DNA of 32,754 nt from NCBI GenBank assembly GCA_050049955.1, contig JASFVG010000003.1, forward strand, positions 1 through 32,754, written 5' to 3'. The notes beneath the pieces are model-generated. The model did not search any database. It saw nothing but the letters and a program-made list of their open reading frames with translations, and was not told the DNA's origin. Source of the stretch: Anaerolineae bacterium. Its GTDB lineage: Bacteria; Chloroflexota; Anaerolineae; B4-G1. Below, in pieces: positions 8,724-17,666 of the stretch. Each line of letters starts with the position of its first letter. Position 1 is the first letter of the stretch. The translations under genes were made by a program, and so were the position numbers.

Positions 8724-10703
8724 ATGAAGTCGGAATTCTTACTGGCGTTCAACGAAATCTGCAGCGACCGCGGCCTTCCACGGGCAGTCGTTCTCGACGC
8801 TGTGGAAAAGGCGTTGGTCTCCGCCTACCGACGCGACATAGATGCCAACACGGTAGAGAACGTAGCAGCCGAAATCGACCCCATGACCGGGGAGGCGAAG
8901 ATCTACGTGAAGAAGGAGGTCGTCGAGGCTGTCAGTGACCCCGCTTGGGAGATCGGCGAGGCAGCGGCACGGGCGATCGAGCCAGATGCCCAAATCGGCG
9001 ACCTGGTCACCGTTGAGGATACACCGTACAACTTCGGGCGTATTGCGGCGCAGACCGCCAAGCAGGTCATACTCCAGCGTATACGGGAGGCCGAGCGAGA
9101 CGCGCAGTACGAGCACTACGTCGAACAGGAAGGTGAGATCGTACACGGCACTGTACAGAGTCTCCGGTCGAACGTGGTGCTGGTGAACCTGGGTGGGGCT
9201 GAGGCGATTCTGCCGCGGAGTCAGCAGGTGCCCGGAGAGAGGTACCATATCCATCAGCGCCTCCGCGCGTACGTATTGGAGGTCCGAAACACGAATCGAG
9301 GGCCCAAGATCGTGCTGTCGCGCAGCCATCAGAAGATGCTGCGTCGGCTTCTTGAGCTTGAGGTGCCCGAGATCTTCAATGGTACCGTCGAGATAAAGGC
9401 CATCGCCCGAGAGGCTGGCTCTCGCTCCAAGGTTGCGGTGGCAGCCCGTCAGCCCGGCGTGGATCCAGTGGGTGCCTGCGTTGGGATGCGCGGAGTACGT
9501 ATCAAGTCCATCGTCAACGAGCTTGGGGGCGAGAAGATCGATGTCATTGAGTGGAGTCCCGAGACCGCGACCTTCATCGCCAAGGCACTCAGCCCGGCCA
9601 AGGTCTTGAGCGTACAGGTAGACGAGGATCCTGACGGTCGCAAGTCCGCGAGCGTCGTCGTGCCGGATGATCAGCTGTCGTTGGCCATTGGCCGGGCAGG
9701 ACAGAATGCTCGTCTGGGAGCCAAGCTGAGCGATCATCGCATCGATATCCAGGGCGTTACCGAGGCAGCTACATCTGCTTTGCAGCAGGTCAACGAGGAC
9801 CCCGAGGTGTTGCCAGACATCGGGTCAGCAGCTGAGTTGCTCCCCTCGGTGGCCGGTATCCTGAAGCAACATGAGGTGGAAGCGCTCCCCTACTCCAGTG
9901 AAGAGCTACTGAAGATGCGGCGGGTGATCGAGTCGGTGTGGAACCATTATGCCGCGCTCCGACGGAAGGAACGTGAGCGTATCAAGGGGATTAAAGAGGC
10001 TCGCCTGCTGGCTCTTGAGCAGGCACGAGAGGTTGTCCCCGCCAGAGCGTACGAGACACTCATCGCCGATATGGGTCTTGACGCGCGCGTGGTCGGCCGG
10101 CTACTGAACGCGGGGTTGACCACGGCTGGTCAGCTGATCGAACGGTTGATTGCTGAAGGCGACGAAGGCCTGCTAAGTCTGAGTGGAATCGGCCCGAAGA
10201 CGCTTGAACTGGTCAAGAATGGTATCACCGAATCGGGTCTCCTCGAAGACGAGCCCGCTCCCTCCGAGGCAGAAGCTGCCGAGGAGGAGGCAGTGGTCGA
10301 GCCAGCGGAAGCCGAGGTCGCTGAGCCGACGCTGGCTGTCGAGGAGGAGGTCGAAGGTGCGGTCGTGGAGGAAGAGGCCCTAGGAGTGGAGGGTGCCGAA
10401 GCCCTGACCGCCGACGAGGTGGTCGACAAGGCGAAGCTTCTTGAGCTCGCCATGCAGGCGCCACCGGCCGAAGCCGAAGAGGGGGAACCAGAGCTTGCGC
10501 TCGGAGACGAGGAGCTCGAGTCTGCAGAGCCGGCACTCTTCTTCGAGGACGGGGAACCAATAGATCGTGAGGAGAAGCTCAGGCGCGAACGCGGGCGCCG
10601 GGTTCAACTCGTCTTCGATGAAGAGACGGGTGAGCTCGTTCCTCGCCGTCGCAGGAAGCGCGAGCCAGGCAGTGAGGAATGGGGCGAGTTTACGGACTTC
10701 TAG
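8724..10703 (+). CDS. nusA: Transcription termination/antitermination factor NusA with long C-terminal extension
   Basis: [23 protein letters not shown]1 domain, KH motifs [11 protein letters not shown] and [13 protein letters not shown]; GGAG RBS. Confidence 0.97.
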   Translation: MKSEFLLAFNEICSDRGLPRAVVLDAVEKALVSAYRRDIDANTVENVAAEIDPMTGEAKIYVKKEVVEAVSDPAWEIGEAAARAIEPDAQIGDLVTVEDTPYNFGRIAAQTAKQVILQRIREAERDAQYEHYVEQEGEIVHGTVQSLRSNVVLVNLGGAEAILPRSQQVPGERYHIHQRLRAYVLEVRNTNRGPKIVLSRSHQKMLRRLLELEVPEIFNGTVEIKAIAREAGSRSKVAVAARQPGVDPVGACVGMRGVRIKSIVNELGGEKIDVIEWSPETATFIAKALSPAKVLSVQVDEDPDGRKSASVVVPDDQLSLAIGRAGQNARLGAKLSDHRIDIQGVTEAATSALQQVNEDPEVLPDIGSAAELLPSVAGILKQHEVEALPYSSEELLKMRRVIESVWNHYAALRRKERERIKGIKEARLLALEQAREVVPARAYETLIADMGLDARVVGRLLNAGLTTAGQLIERLIAEGDEGLLSLSGIGPKTLELVKNGITESGLLEDEPAPSEAEAAEEEAVVEPAEAEVAEPTLAVEEEVEGAVVEEEALGVEGAEALTADEVVDKAKLLELAMQAPPAEAEEGEPELALGDEELESAEPALFFEDGEPIDREEKLRRERGRRVQLVFDEETGELVPRRRRKREPGSEEWGEFTDF

Positions 10704-10796
10704 GGGGAGCCCTCTGCTCAACGGGGGCTGTCCTGCCACGGATGGGGAAGCGGCCCCGGCGTAGGTAAGGCTGCGAAATGGGGATGGGCCTAGCTG

Positions 10797-11117
10797 ATGA
10801 GTAGGCGCTTGCGAAAGCGAAAGCCGCTGCCCCGGCGGACCTGCGTCGCCTGCCGCGACGTACGCCCTAAGCGGGAGCTGGTGCGGATTGTGCGGGCCCC
10901 GGAGGGTGGGGTGGCCGTGGATGAAACGGGCAAGCGCAGCGGGAGAGGCGCATACCTCTGCCAGAGACCAGGCTGCTGGGAGAGTGCCCTATCGAAGGGC
11001 CAACTGGATCGAGCGTTGCGGACCGAACTGACGGAAGAGGAGACAGCTCGACTTCGAGAATACGGCCGATCTCTTGAGGGGGATCAAGGCTCTGATGAAG
11101 AAGGTGGGTCAGTATGA
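10797..11117 (+). CDS. ylxR: YlxR/RnpM (DUF448) RNA-binding protein
   Basis: PRRTCVACR..PKRELVRIVR and GRGAYLC motifs; canonical position between nusA and infB. Confidence 0.93.
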   Translation: MSRRLRKRKPLPRRTCVACRDVRPKRELVRIVRAPEGGVAVDETGKRSGRGAYLCQRPGCWESALSKGQLDRALRTELTEEETARLREYGRSLEGDQGSDEEGGSV

Positions 11118-12922
11118 GTGAGGATGTAATCGCAGAGAGAGAAGGCGTCGTTGAACTGCCAGATTTCCTGACAGTTCGTGAGCTGTCCCAACTGCTTGAT
11201 GTCAGTCCCATTGACGTGATCAAGGAGCTGATGAGCGCCGGCGTGATGGCGAACATCAACCAGGAGATCGACTATGAGACCGCGGCCATTGTAGCCCAGG
11301 AGATGGGCTATGAACCGGTCGAGGAATCGCGGGTCGCTGCCGAGGAGGCTGTAGAAGAGGGGCCGTCGCCCCTCTGGGAGCGCTTCTACGCTGGCGATTC
11401 GCCTGAAGACCTCGGTCCCCGTCCTCCGGTGGTGACGACTCTGGGTCACGTTGATCATGGCAAGACATCGCTGCTCGACGCGATCCGACAGACCGATGTG
11501 CAAGGTGGCGAGGCGGGTGGCATTACCCAGCACATCGGCGCGTACCAGATTGAGCACGATGCACAACCTATCACTTTCATCGACACGCCAGGTCATGAGG
11601 CTTTCACCGAGATGCGTGCGAGGGGAGCGCACACGACCGACATTGCCATCTTGGTTGTTGCGGCCGATGACGGCGTGATGCCGCAGACCATTGAGGCCAT
11701 CGCGCACGCGCGGGCTGCCCGCATCCCGATCGTCGTGGGTCTCAACAAGATGGATCTGGCCACCGCGCAGCCTGAGAAGACGAAGCAGGAGCTGGCGGAC
11801 CAGGGTCTGGTTCCAGACGATTGGGGTGGAGACACCCTCTGCATTCCGGTGTCTGCCAAGGAGAAGACGGGCCTGGGGGATCTTCTCGACGCCATCCTGT
11901 TGGTCGCGGAGGATTCGGAGCAGATCGTGGCCAACCCCAATCGCCCCGCGATGGGCACCGTGTTGGAGGGGCAGTTGGACCGTGCGCGCGGCGCCACCGC
12001 CACAGTCTTGGTACAGAATGGCACGCTTCACATAGGCGATGACTTCGTGGCCGGTCTGGTTTGCGGGCGGGTGCGGCAGATGTTCGACCAGGATGGGAAT
12101 GCCATGAAGGAGGCTGGTCCTTCGACCCCAATCGTGGTTCTTGGACTGTCCGGTGTCCCCGAGGCTGGAGAGATCTTTGAGGTCGTGTCTGAGACATGTG
12201 TCGCCAGGGACATCGTTTCGCAGCGCGAGGATGCGCTAGGTTCCGAGGCCCCTGGGCCAATAAGGGCGTTCAGCCTTGATGACTTTGCCAGCCGTATCCA
12301 GGCCGGGAAGACCAAGGAGCTTAACATCATCCTCAAGACCGATGCTCAGGGCTGCATCGATCCAATCGTCAGCTCGTTGGAGCAGCTAGGAAGTGACGAG
12401 TTGAAGGTCAACGTTCTACACGCCGGAGCGGGCAGCGTTGGCCAGTCAGATGTCAATCTGGCAATCGCCTCCGAGGCCATCATCATCGGCTTCAATGTTG
12501 GGCCGGATGCGGCTGGGCGTCGGTTGGCTGAGAGTGAGGGTGTTGACATCCGAACCTACGATATCATCTACCGCTTGATCGATGATGTCGATCAGGCACT
12601 CAAGGGTCTGCTGGAACCGACCTTCGTTAAGGTGCTGATCGGCGAGGCGGAGGTGCGTGACACGTTCCACATCCCAGACTTGGGCACGGTGGCGGGATGC
12701 TATGTTCGTGACGGCGAGGCGAGGCGAAACGCAAGGGCCAGGGTGGTAAGGAATGGGGATCAGATCCATGACGGCCCCGTCGCTTCTCTCAAGCGGTTCT
12801 CAGAGGATGCCCGCGAGGTCCGGAAGGGGTTTGAGTGTGGGGTCGGGCTGGGCGGTTTTGACGGCTTCGAGGTCGGTGACGTCATCCAGTTCTACGAAGA
12901 GAGGGAGCAGGAGCCGGGGTAG
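11114..12922 (+). CDS. infB: Translation initiation factor IF-2 (short N-terminus)
   Basis: RPPVVTTLGHVDHGKTSLLD, GGITQHIGAY, DTPGH, NKMD, ASLKRF..D..EV..GFECG. Confidence 0.98.
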   Translation: MSEDVIAEREGVVELPDFLTVRELSQLLDVSPIDVIKELMSAGVMANINQEIDYETAAIVAQEMGYEPVEESRVAAEEAVEEGPSPLWERFYAGDSPEDLGPRPPVVTTLGHVDHGKTSLLDAIRQTDVQGGEAGGITQHIGAYQIEHDAQPITFIDTPGHEAFTEMRARGAHTTDIAILVVAADDGVMPQTIEAIAHARAARIPIVVGLNKMDLATAQPEKTKQELADQGLVPDDWGGDTLCIPVSAKEKTGLGDLLDAILLVAEDSEQIVANPNRPAMGTVLEGQLDRARGATATVLVQNGTLHIGDDFVAGLVCGRVRQMFDQDGNAMKEAGPSTPIVVLGLSGVPEAGEIFEVVSETCVARDIVSQREDALGSEAPGPIRAFSLDDFASRIQAGKTKELNIILKTDAQGCIDPIVSSLEQLGSDELKVNVLHAGAGSVGQSDVNLAIASEAIIIGFNVGPDAAGRRLAESEGVDIRTYDIIYRLIDDVDQALKGLLEPTFVKVLIGEAEVRDTFHIPDLGTVAGCYVRDGEARRNARARVVRNGDQIHDGPVASLKRFSEDAREVRKGFECGVGLGGFDGFEVGDVIQFYEEREQEPG

Positions 12923-12949
12923 GCCCGGGTGCATAGGAAGCCGTAGCCA

Positions 12950-13321
12950 ATGGGAAAGAGATACCAACGCCGCGTATCCGAACTGGTGCGCGTTCACCTC
13001 TCGACCCTCCTGAGCCGCAAGAGCAAGGACCCGCGCCTGGCCTCGGTCACCATAACCGACGTGGAGGTGTCCCCGGATGTGACGCACGCCAGTGTCTACT
13101 TCAGCGTTCTCGGTGGGGAAGAAGCGCGGAAGGAGGCTCAAGAGGGCTTACGGAGTGCGGCTGGCTGGCTGCGACGCGAGCTGGGACAGCAACTGCGCCT
13201 GCGCAACATACCGGAGCTCGTTTTCCGCTACGATCACTCAGTGGAGAGAGGCGAACGCATCTCGGCCATCCTTGATGAGTTAGGGTTTGGTGACGAAGAA
13301 GGCGACGCTGGAACTAGCTAG
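12950..13321 (+). CDS. rbfA: 30S ribosome-binding factor A
   Basis: KDPRLASVTITDVEVSPD...LRLRNIPELVFRYD; follows infB. Confidence 0.96.
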   Translation: MGKRYQRRVSELVRVHLSTLLSRKSKDPRLASVTITDVEVSPDVTHASVYFSVLGGEEARKEAQEGLRSAAGWLRRELGQQLRLRNIPELVFRYDHSVERGERISAILDELGFGDEEGDAGTS

Positions 13322-14291
13322 CCAGCTCATCCGTGGGGCTCAGCTACCTCTATTGGTGTGTCACGTCGCCCCCGATGGCGACGCCCTAGGCAGTCTCACT
13401 GGACTAGCCTACGCTCTACGTCAGTTGGAGCAGCCGTCGGTAGCGGCCTGCCCGGATGCCATACCTTCCAACTTCCAGTTCATCCCCAATATCGAGACGG
13501 TGGTTCAGGACGTGTCGGATCCGTTCGATCTTGTTGTGGCTCTCGATTGCTCTGATCCAGGCCGCCTAGGTCATTTCCTCGACCTGCCACGAGTCCAGAC
13601 TACGCCCTTGCTCAACATAGATCATCACGTCACCAACGCTGGTTTCGGGGACGTGAATCTGGTCGATCCCAGTGCATCTTCCACCGCAGAGGTACTCCTG
13701 ACGCTTCTGGATCACATGGGTGTCGTGCTTGATGGACCTCTTGCAACCTGTCTGCTGGTCGGCGTGGTCACCGACACCCGGGGATTCCGCACGAACAACG
13801 TCACCCCGCTGGTCTTTCAGACAGCTCTGCGCCTTATGGAGGCGGGAGCCTCCCTAGCCGATGTCACTCGACATGGCCTCGAGTCCCGGCCGTTGGTCGC
13901 GATGCGACTCTGGGGGGCGGCCCTGGCCCGCATGCGGTCTCAGCGGGGCGTGGTCTGGACCAGCATACCGCTGGAGATGCGCCGAGGCCTCGGCTATGAA
14001 GGAGATGGCGACGCCGGGTTGGTCAGCTTTCTTCTCACTGCCGACGGGACTGACATATCTGTCGTCTTCGTGGAGCAGGGCGACGGAGCCATCGATGTGG
14101 GCATGCGCGCGGCTCCGGGCTTCGACGTAGCACAGCTCGCCCTGCGCTTTGGGGGTGGCGGGCATGCCCTTGCAGCCGGATTCCGGGCCCCTGGGCCCTT
14201 GGAAGTATTGGAGAAGCGCGTGCTGGCAGCTGTGCACGAAAAGGTGGCGCGCCAGCGAGCGAGCCTTGCAGACCGGGATTCTCAACGCTGA
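13287..14291 (+). CDS. nrnA: DHH/DHHA1 phosphoesterase (nanoRNase/pAp phosphatase)
   Basis: HVAPDGDALGS, LDC, NIDHH, TDT and GGGGHALAAG motifs. Confidence 0.92.
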   Translation: MVTKKATLELASQLIRGAQLPLLVCHVAPDGDALGSLTGLAYALRQLEQPSVAACPDAIPSNFQFIPNIETVVQDVSDPFDLVVALDCSDPGRLGHFLDLPRVQTTPLLNIDHHVTNAGFGDVNLVDPSASSTAEVLLTLLDHMGVVLDGPLATCLLVGVVTDTRGFRTNNVTPLVFQTALRLMEAGASLADVTRHGLESRPLVAMRLWGAALARMRSQRGVVWTSIPLEMRRGLGYEGDGDAGLVSFLLTADGTDISVVFVEQGDGAIDVGMRAAPGFDVAQLALRFGGGGHALAAGFRAPGPLEVLEKRVLAAVHEKVARQRASLADRDSQR

Positions 14292-15198
14292 CAAGCCATC
14301 TGGCTTGACCTCACACGATGTGGTGGACCGAGTCCGAAGCTTGACCGGTATTCGCCGCGTCGGGCATGCTGGCACTCTGGACCCGCTTGCGACCGGCGTC
14401 TTGGTTGTGTGCATAGGGCGGCTTGCGACTCGCGTTGCGGAATACCTGAAGGGCGAGCCCAAGACCTATTGGGTGGAGGCCTTCCTGGGGATCGCCACCG
14501 ACACATTCGATGCGGAAGGGGAGGTGGTGAGCCGCAGGCCTGTTGGGGTAGACCGGGACGCAGTCGAGAGAGCCCTGCAGGGATACCTGGGATCTATCGA
14601 GCAGATCCCCCCAATGTACTCGGCGGTCAAGCACAAGGGCAAGCCCCTTCATCGCCTGGCGCGCCAGGGCCTTGAAGTCGAGCGCGAGCCCCGCCCGGTG
14701 GATGTCCATAGCCTGAAGCTGATCTCGTGGTACCCTCCACGTTGTGCGTTGGTAATGTCCTGCTCTGCTGGCACCTACGTGAGGGTGTTGGTGCACGAAC
14801 TTGGACAGGAACTCGGATGCGGGGCTCACGTTTCCGGCTTGCGGCGGCTTGCCAGCGGTAGCTTCCAGCTCAGGGATGCTGTGACACTGGATGCCTTTGC
14901 TGAGGCGGCAAGGGCAGGCAGGTGGCAGGACTTGCTCCATTCGGTCGACGGCGTGCTGGCCAACCGATTCCCAGCTCTCCGGATAGGTGGGGCCGCCGCT
15001 CGGCAACTCTGTTCGGGTCAGCCGGTCAGGGGCGACGGCGCAGCTATCGAGGGCACAGAGCTGGCTCGCGTCTACGGCCCGGAGGGGCGCCTCCTGGGAC
15101 TTGCGGCCTATGACGCCGTCCGCGAAGTATGGCGGCCACGCAAGGTCTTTGTGTCGCCATGGCCTGGCCCTGGTCGCGGGGATAGGAATGGAGCCTGA
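14266..15198 (+). CDS. truB: tRNA pseudouridine(55) synthase
   Basis: GILNADKPSGLTSHDVV, GHAGTLDPLATGVL, QIPPMYSAVK, CSAGTYVR; start placed at TTG 14266 (approximate). Confidence 0.95.
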   Translation: MQTGILNADKPSGLTSHDVVDRVRSLTGIRRVGHAGTLDPLATGVLVVCIGRLATRVAEYLKGEPKTYWVEAFLGIATDTFDAEGEVVSRRPVGVDRDAVERALQGYLGSIEQIPPMYSAVKHKGKPLHRLARQGLEVEREPRPVDVHSLKLISWYPPRCALVMSCSAGTYVRVLVHELGQELGCGAHVSGLRRLASGSFQLRDAVTLDAFAEAARAGRWQDLLHSVDGVLANRFPALRIGGAAARQLCSGQPVRGDGAAIEGTELARVYGPEGRLLGLAAYDAVREVWRPRKVFVSPWPGPGRGDRNGA

Positions 15199-15201
15199 CT
15201 G

Positions 15202-16143
15202 ATGCGGGTTGTCCATCGGCTCGACGAAACCGATCTGGTCTCCTGCTCCTTTGTGACCGTCGGAGTCTTCGATGGCGTTCACCTTGGTCACCAACGGATC
15301 ATCGGTGGGCTGGTCGAGGCAGCGCACGCGCAGGGGCACAGTGCAGTCGCGGTAACCTTTGACCCACATCCCGCTTCCGTCCTGAGTGATCGACCCCCGT
15401 CTCTGCTGACAACGGTAGGCGAGCGAATCGGCCTGCTGGCGCAACTGGGTCTGGACACGATGGCCATCCTCCCATTCACCGAGGAGGTGGTTACTACGAC
15501 GGCTGCAGCTTTCGTGGAGGACATGATTCGTCATCTACGTCTCGCAGAGCTGTGGGTCGGGCCGGATTTCACGCTCGGGCATGGCCGTGAGGGAGACGTA
15601 CCGTATCTGCGACGGTTAGGAGTCGCGCGTGGCTTCATCGTGCGCGTTATCGAGCCCGTGGTGTGGCGTGGGACCATTGTGCGTAGCAGTCGCGTGAGGC
15701 AAGCACTCCGGCGAGGGGACATTGAGCAAGCCAACGGCTGCCTTGGGCGCAACTATCGGCTCTCCGGGGTCGTCGTGCGTGGGCGCGGGCTTGGGCGGGC
15801 TATCGGCGTACCCACGGCAAACATCTCACCTCCGCCGAATAGGCTTGTTCCTGCCGGCGGCGTCTACGCCGGATGGGCGCACAGTGAGCGATGGGGAGAG
15901 CATGCGGCAGCCGTCAACATCGGTACCCGGCCTACGTTCGCTGCTCAGTCGGATGCGAAGGGCCTGACGGTCGAAGCTCATCTCCTGGATTTCGACGGCG
16001 ACCTGTATGACGACGTATTGAAGGTGGACTTCGCTGCGCGCCTTCGAGACGAGCGCGCTCACCCGACCCTCAACGCGCTGGTTGCCCAGTTGCGACAGGA
16101 CATCGAGCAAACGCGTGCTACGCTAGACAACAGAAGGCCCTAG
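15202..16143 (+). CDS. ribF: Bifunctional riboflavin kinase/FAD synthetase
   Basis: GVFDGVHLGHQ, TFDPHP, SSRVR, GVPTAN, NIGTRPT, VEAHLLDF. Confidence 0.97.
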   Translation: MRVVHRLDETDLVSCSFVTVGVFDGVHLGHQRIIGGLVEAAHAQGHSAVAVTFDPHPASVLSDRPPSLLTTVGERIGLLAQLGLDTMAILPFTEEVVTTTAAAFVEDMIRHLRLAELWVGPDFTLGHGREGDVPYLRRLGVARGFIVRVIEPVVWRGTIVRSSRVRQALRRGDIEQANGCLGRNYRLSGVVVRGRGLGRAIGVPTANISPPPNRLVPAGGVYAGWAHSERWGEHAAAVNIGTRPTFAAQSDAKGLTVEAHLLDFDGDLYDDVLKVDFAARLRDERAHPTLNALVAQLRQDIEQTRATLDNRRP

Positions 16144-16265
16144 AGAGTCGCCGACTCCCCAGGGCCCCATCGTCGTTCTGATGCTCCGGTCCAGGCTTGT
16201 CTAGAGGTGCACTTCCTATCGCAATGCCTCGCCGCCCCAACGCCCAACTAGCTCAGCGCACCGCG

Positions 16266-17651
16266 CTACTGCAGCCCACCTATTTCAAAGGAATATCCAA
16301 GGAGCTCGAGCAGCACGGTTGATGCATTCGGCCTCGCGTACTGGAGCTCGATCACCTGCCGCTCTGAAGGCAGAATCGTCCACGGTAGGGGAGGGGCCGC
16401 CAGGAGCAGCTCTCCCAGCCCATCGCTGGAGGAGAGGCTGATATCGGAATCCTCAATGATGAGTGAATCCGATCCCGTGTTCTGCACCTCGGCCTCGAGG
16501 ATCAGCGCACTGGCATCGCTGTTGAGGAAGGCATCGAGGACAGCCACGTTAGCCTGCCTGACGGAAGGCTCGCTGACCGCAGGCCCCTCGTGAGGTATAC
16601 TCACCATGGCCTGCGCACCGGATCCCGCCCGCGGGGAGAAATTCCAGCTCAGAGCCCCGTTCGGCAACGGATCTGGTACCAGATAGCCGGCGCTACCCTG
16701 CGCCGAGGTGCCGGGAGCGATCTCGCCGCCTAGCGGTCCGAACTCGCCAGCCTCGCTTCCTGGAGGAGACAGGAGGTACGTATTGCCCATAGCGTCATCC
16801 AGCCGCATCGAGAATCGATCCGCTTCCAGGGGGGTCTCTCCCGCGTTCTCGACCGTGTACTCCACCAAGTAGTAGGCCGTGCCTGCTGGAAGGCTGTCTA
16901 CGCGCTGCACGTACCCTCTTGTTACCGTAACGCGGGCATCGCCTGCTTGGGCAGGTTGACCGACTTGGGCAGATTCTCCAGTGGGGGGCGGGAGCATGGG
17001 CTCGGCTTCAGCTACGTAGTCGGCCGCCGCAATTTGCCAAGTGCCACCCTCAGCAAGAACGAGCGTCAGGCCAGGCTGCTGCTGAGCCAAAGCGTCTTCT
17101 GCCCCCGGAGGGGCTTCCCGTCGTCCGGCGAAGCGAAACGGCAGGACTGCACCATTGCTCAGTTGAAGCCTGATCTCGTCCCCAGGAGCGAGGCCCGTCA
17201 CCAACACCTCATTCTCCGGCGTCGGCTCCAGGCCGATCACGTAGTTGACAACGGTCCCGCAGACCCATACCGCAGTCCCCGACCGGTCCGCTGGATAGGT
17301 CCACTCGGCTTCGGTAGGGACGATGGGCTCGACAGGGTAGGACCGGTCTCCCAACGTGAGTGAGATGGGGAGGGCGATGCTGACCTGCACATCACCGCTG
17401 CTGATGACCGTGTCGCAGCTCGGGACCGGAAGTGGGGAAGCAGGGATTGTCTGGGTTGGCATCGGGCTCGCTGTGGGGGCGGGTGTGGCCTCACTGGGAG
17501 CCTCGCTTCCCCTTAGGCCCAGGATGACGATGATGACAACGGCGGCCACAACAAGAACGGCGCCGCCAACAATGGACAGGATCAGCACGTGGCGCCCTTG
17601 AGGCGAGCGCGGCTCGGTCCTTCTTGGTGGTCTTGACGGGAGTTCGGTCAT
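16266..17651 (-). CDS. Membrane-anchored extracellular protein: degenerate sortase-like domain plus two DUF4352-like Ig-fold domains
   Basis: N-terminal TM helix, Pro/Thr linker, sortase-like segment (..W..GTVVNYVIGL..LAPGDEI.L....G....F...LTLVL), DUF4352-like YYLVEYTVENAGETPL..F.M.L.D..GNTY..GEIAPG.SAQG...Y.VP. Confidence 0.6.
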   Translation of the reverse strand: MTELPSRPPRRTEPRSPQGRHVLILSIVGGAVLVVAAVVIIVILGLRGSEAPSEATPAPTASPMPTQTIPASPLPVPSCDTVISSGDVQVSIALPISLTLGDRSYPVEPIVPTEAEWTYPADRSGTAVWVCGTVVNYVIGLEPTPENEVLVTGLAPGDEIRLQLSNGAVLPFRFAGRREAPPGAEDALAQQQPGLTLVLAEGGTWQIAAADYVAEAEPMLPPPTGESAQVGQPAQAGDARVTVTRGYVQRVDSLPAGTAYYLVEYTVENAGETPLEADRFSMRLDDAMGNTYLLSPPGSEAGEFGPLGGEIAPGTSAQGSAGYLVPDPLPNGALSWNFSPRAGSGAQAMVSIPHEGPAVSEPSVRQANVAVLDAFLNSDASALILEAEVQNTGSDSLIIEDSDISLSSSDGLGELLLAAPPLPWTILPSERQVIELQYARPNASTVLLELLGYSFEIGGLQ

Positions 17652-17666
17652 AGATCAGGGGTTTCC

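Noticed and set aside
8739-9737. 332-aa antisense ORF (likewise 11084-12031, 14311-15534, 19609-20406, 21448-22362)
   Set aside because: Shadow ORFs opposite well-conserved genes, expected at high GC, with no recognisable motifs
10250-10560. Repetitive GAG/GCC-rich DNA in nusA
   Set aside because: It reflects the Glu/Ala-rich linker and is not a discrete repeat array
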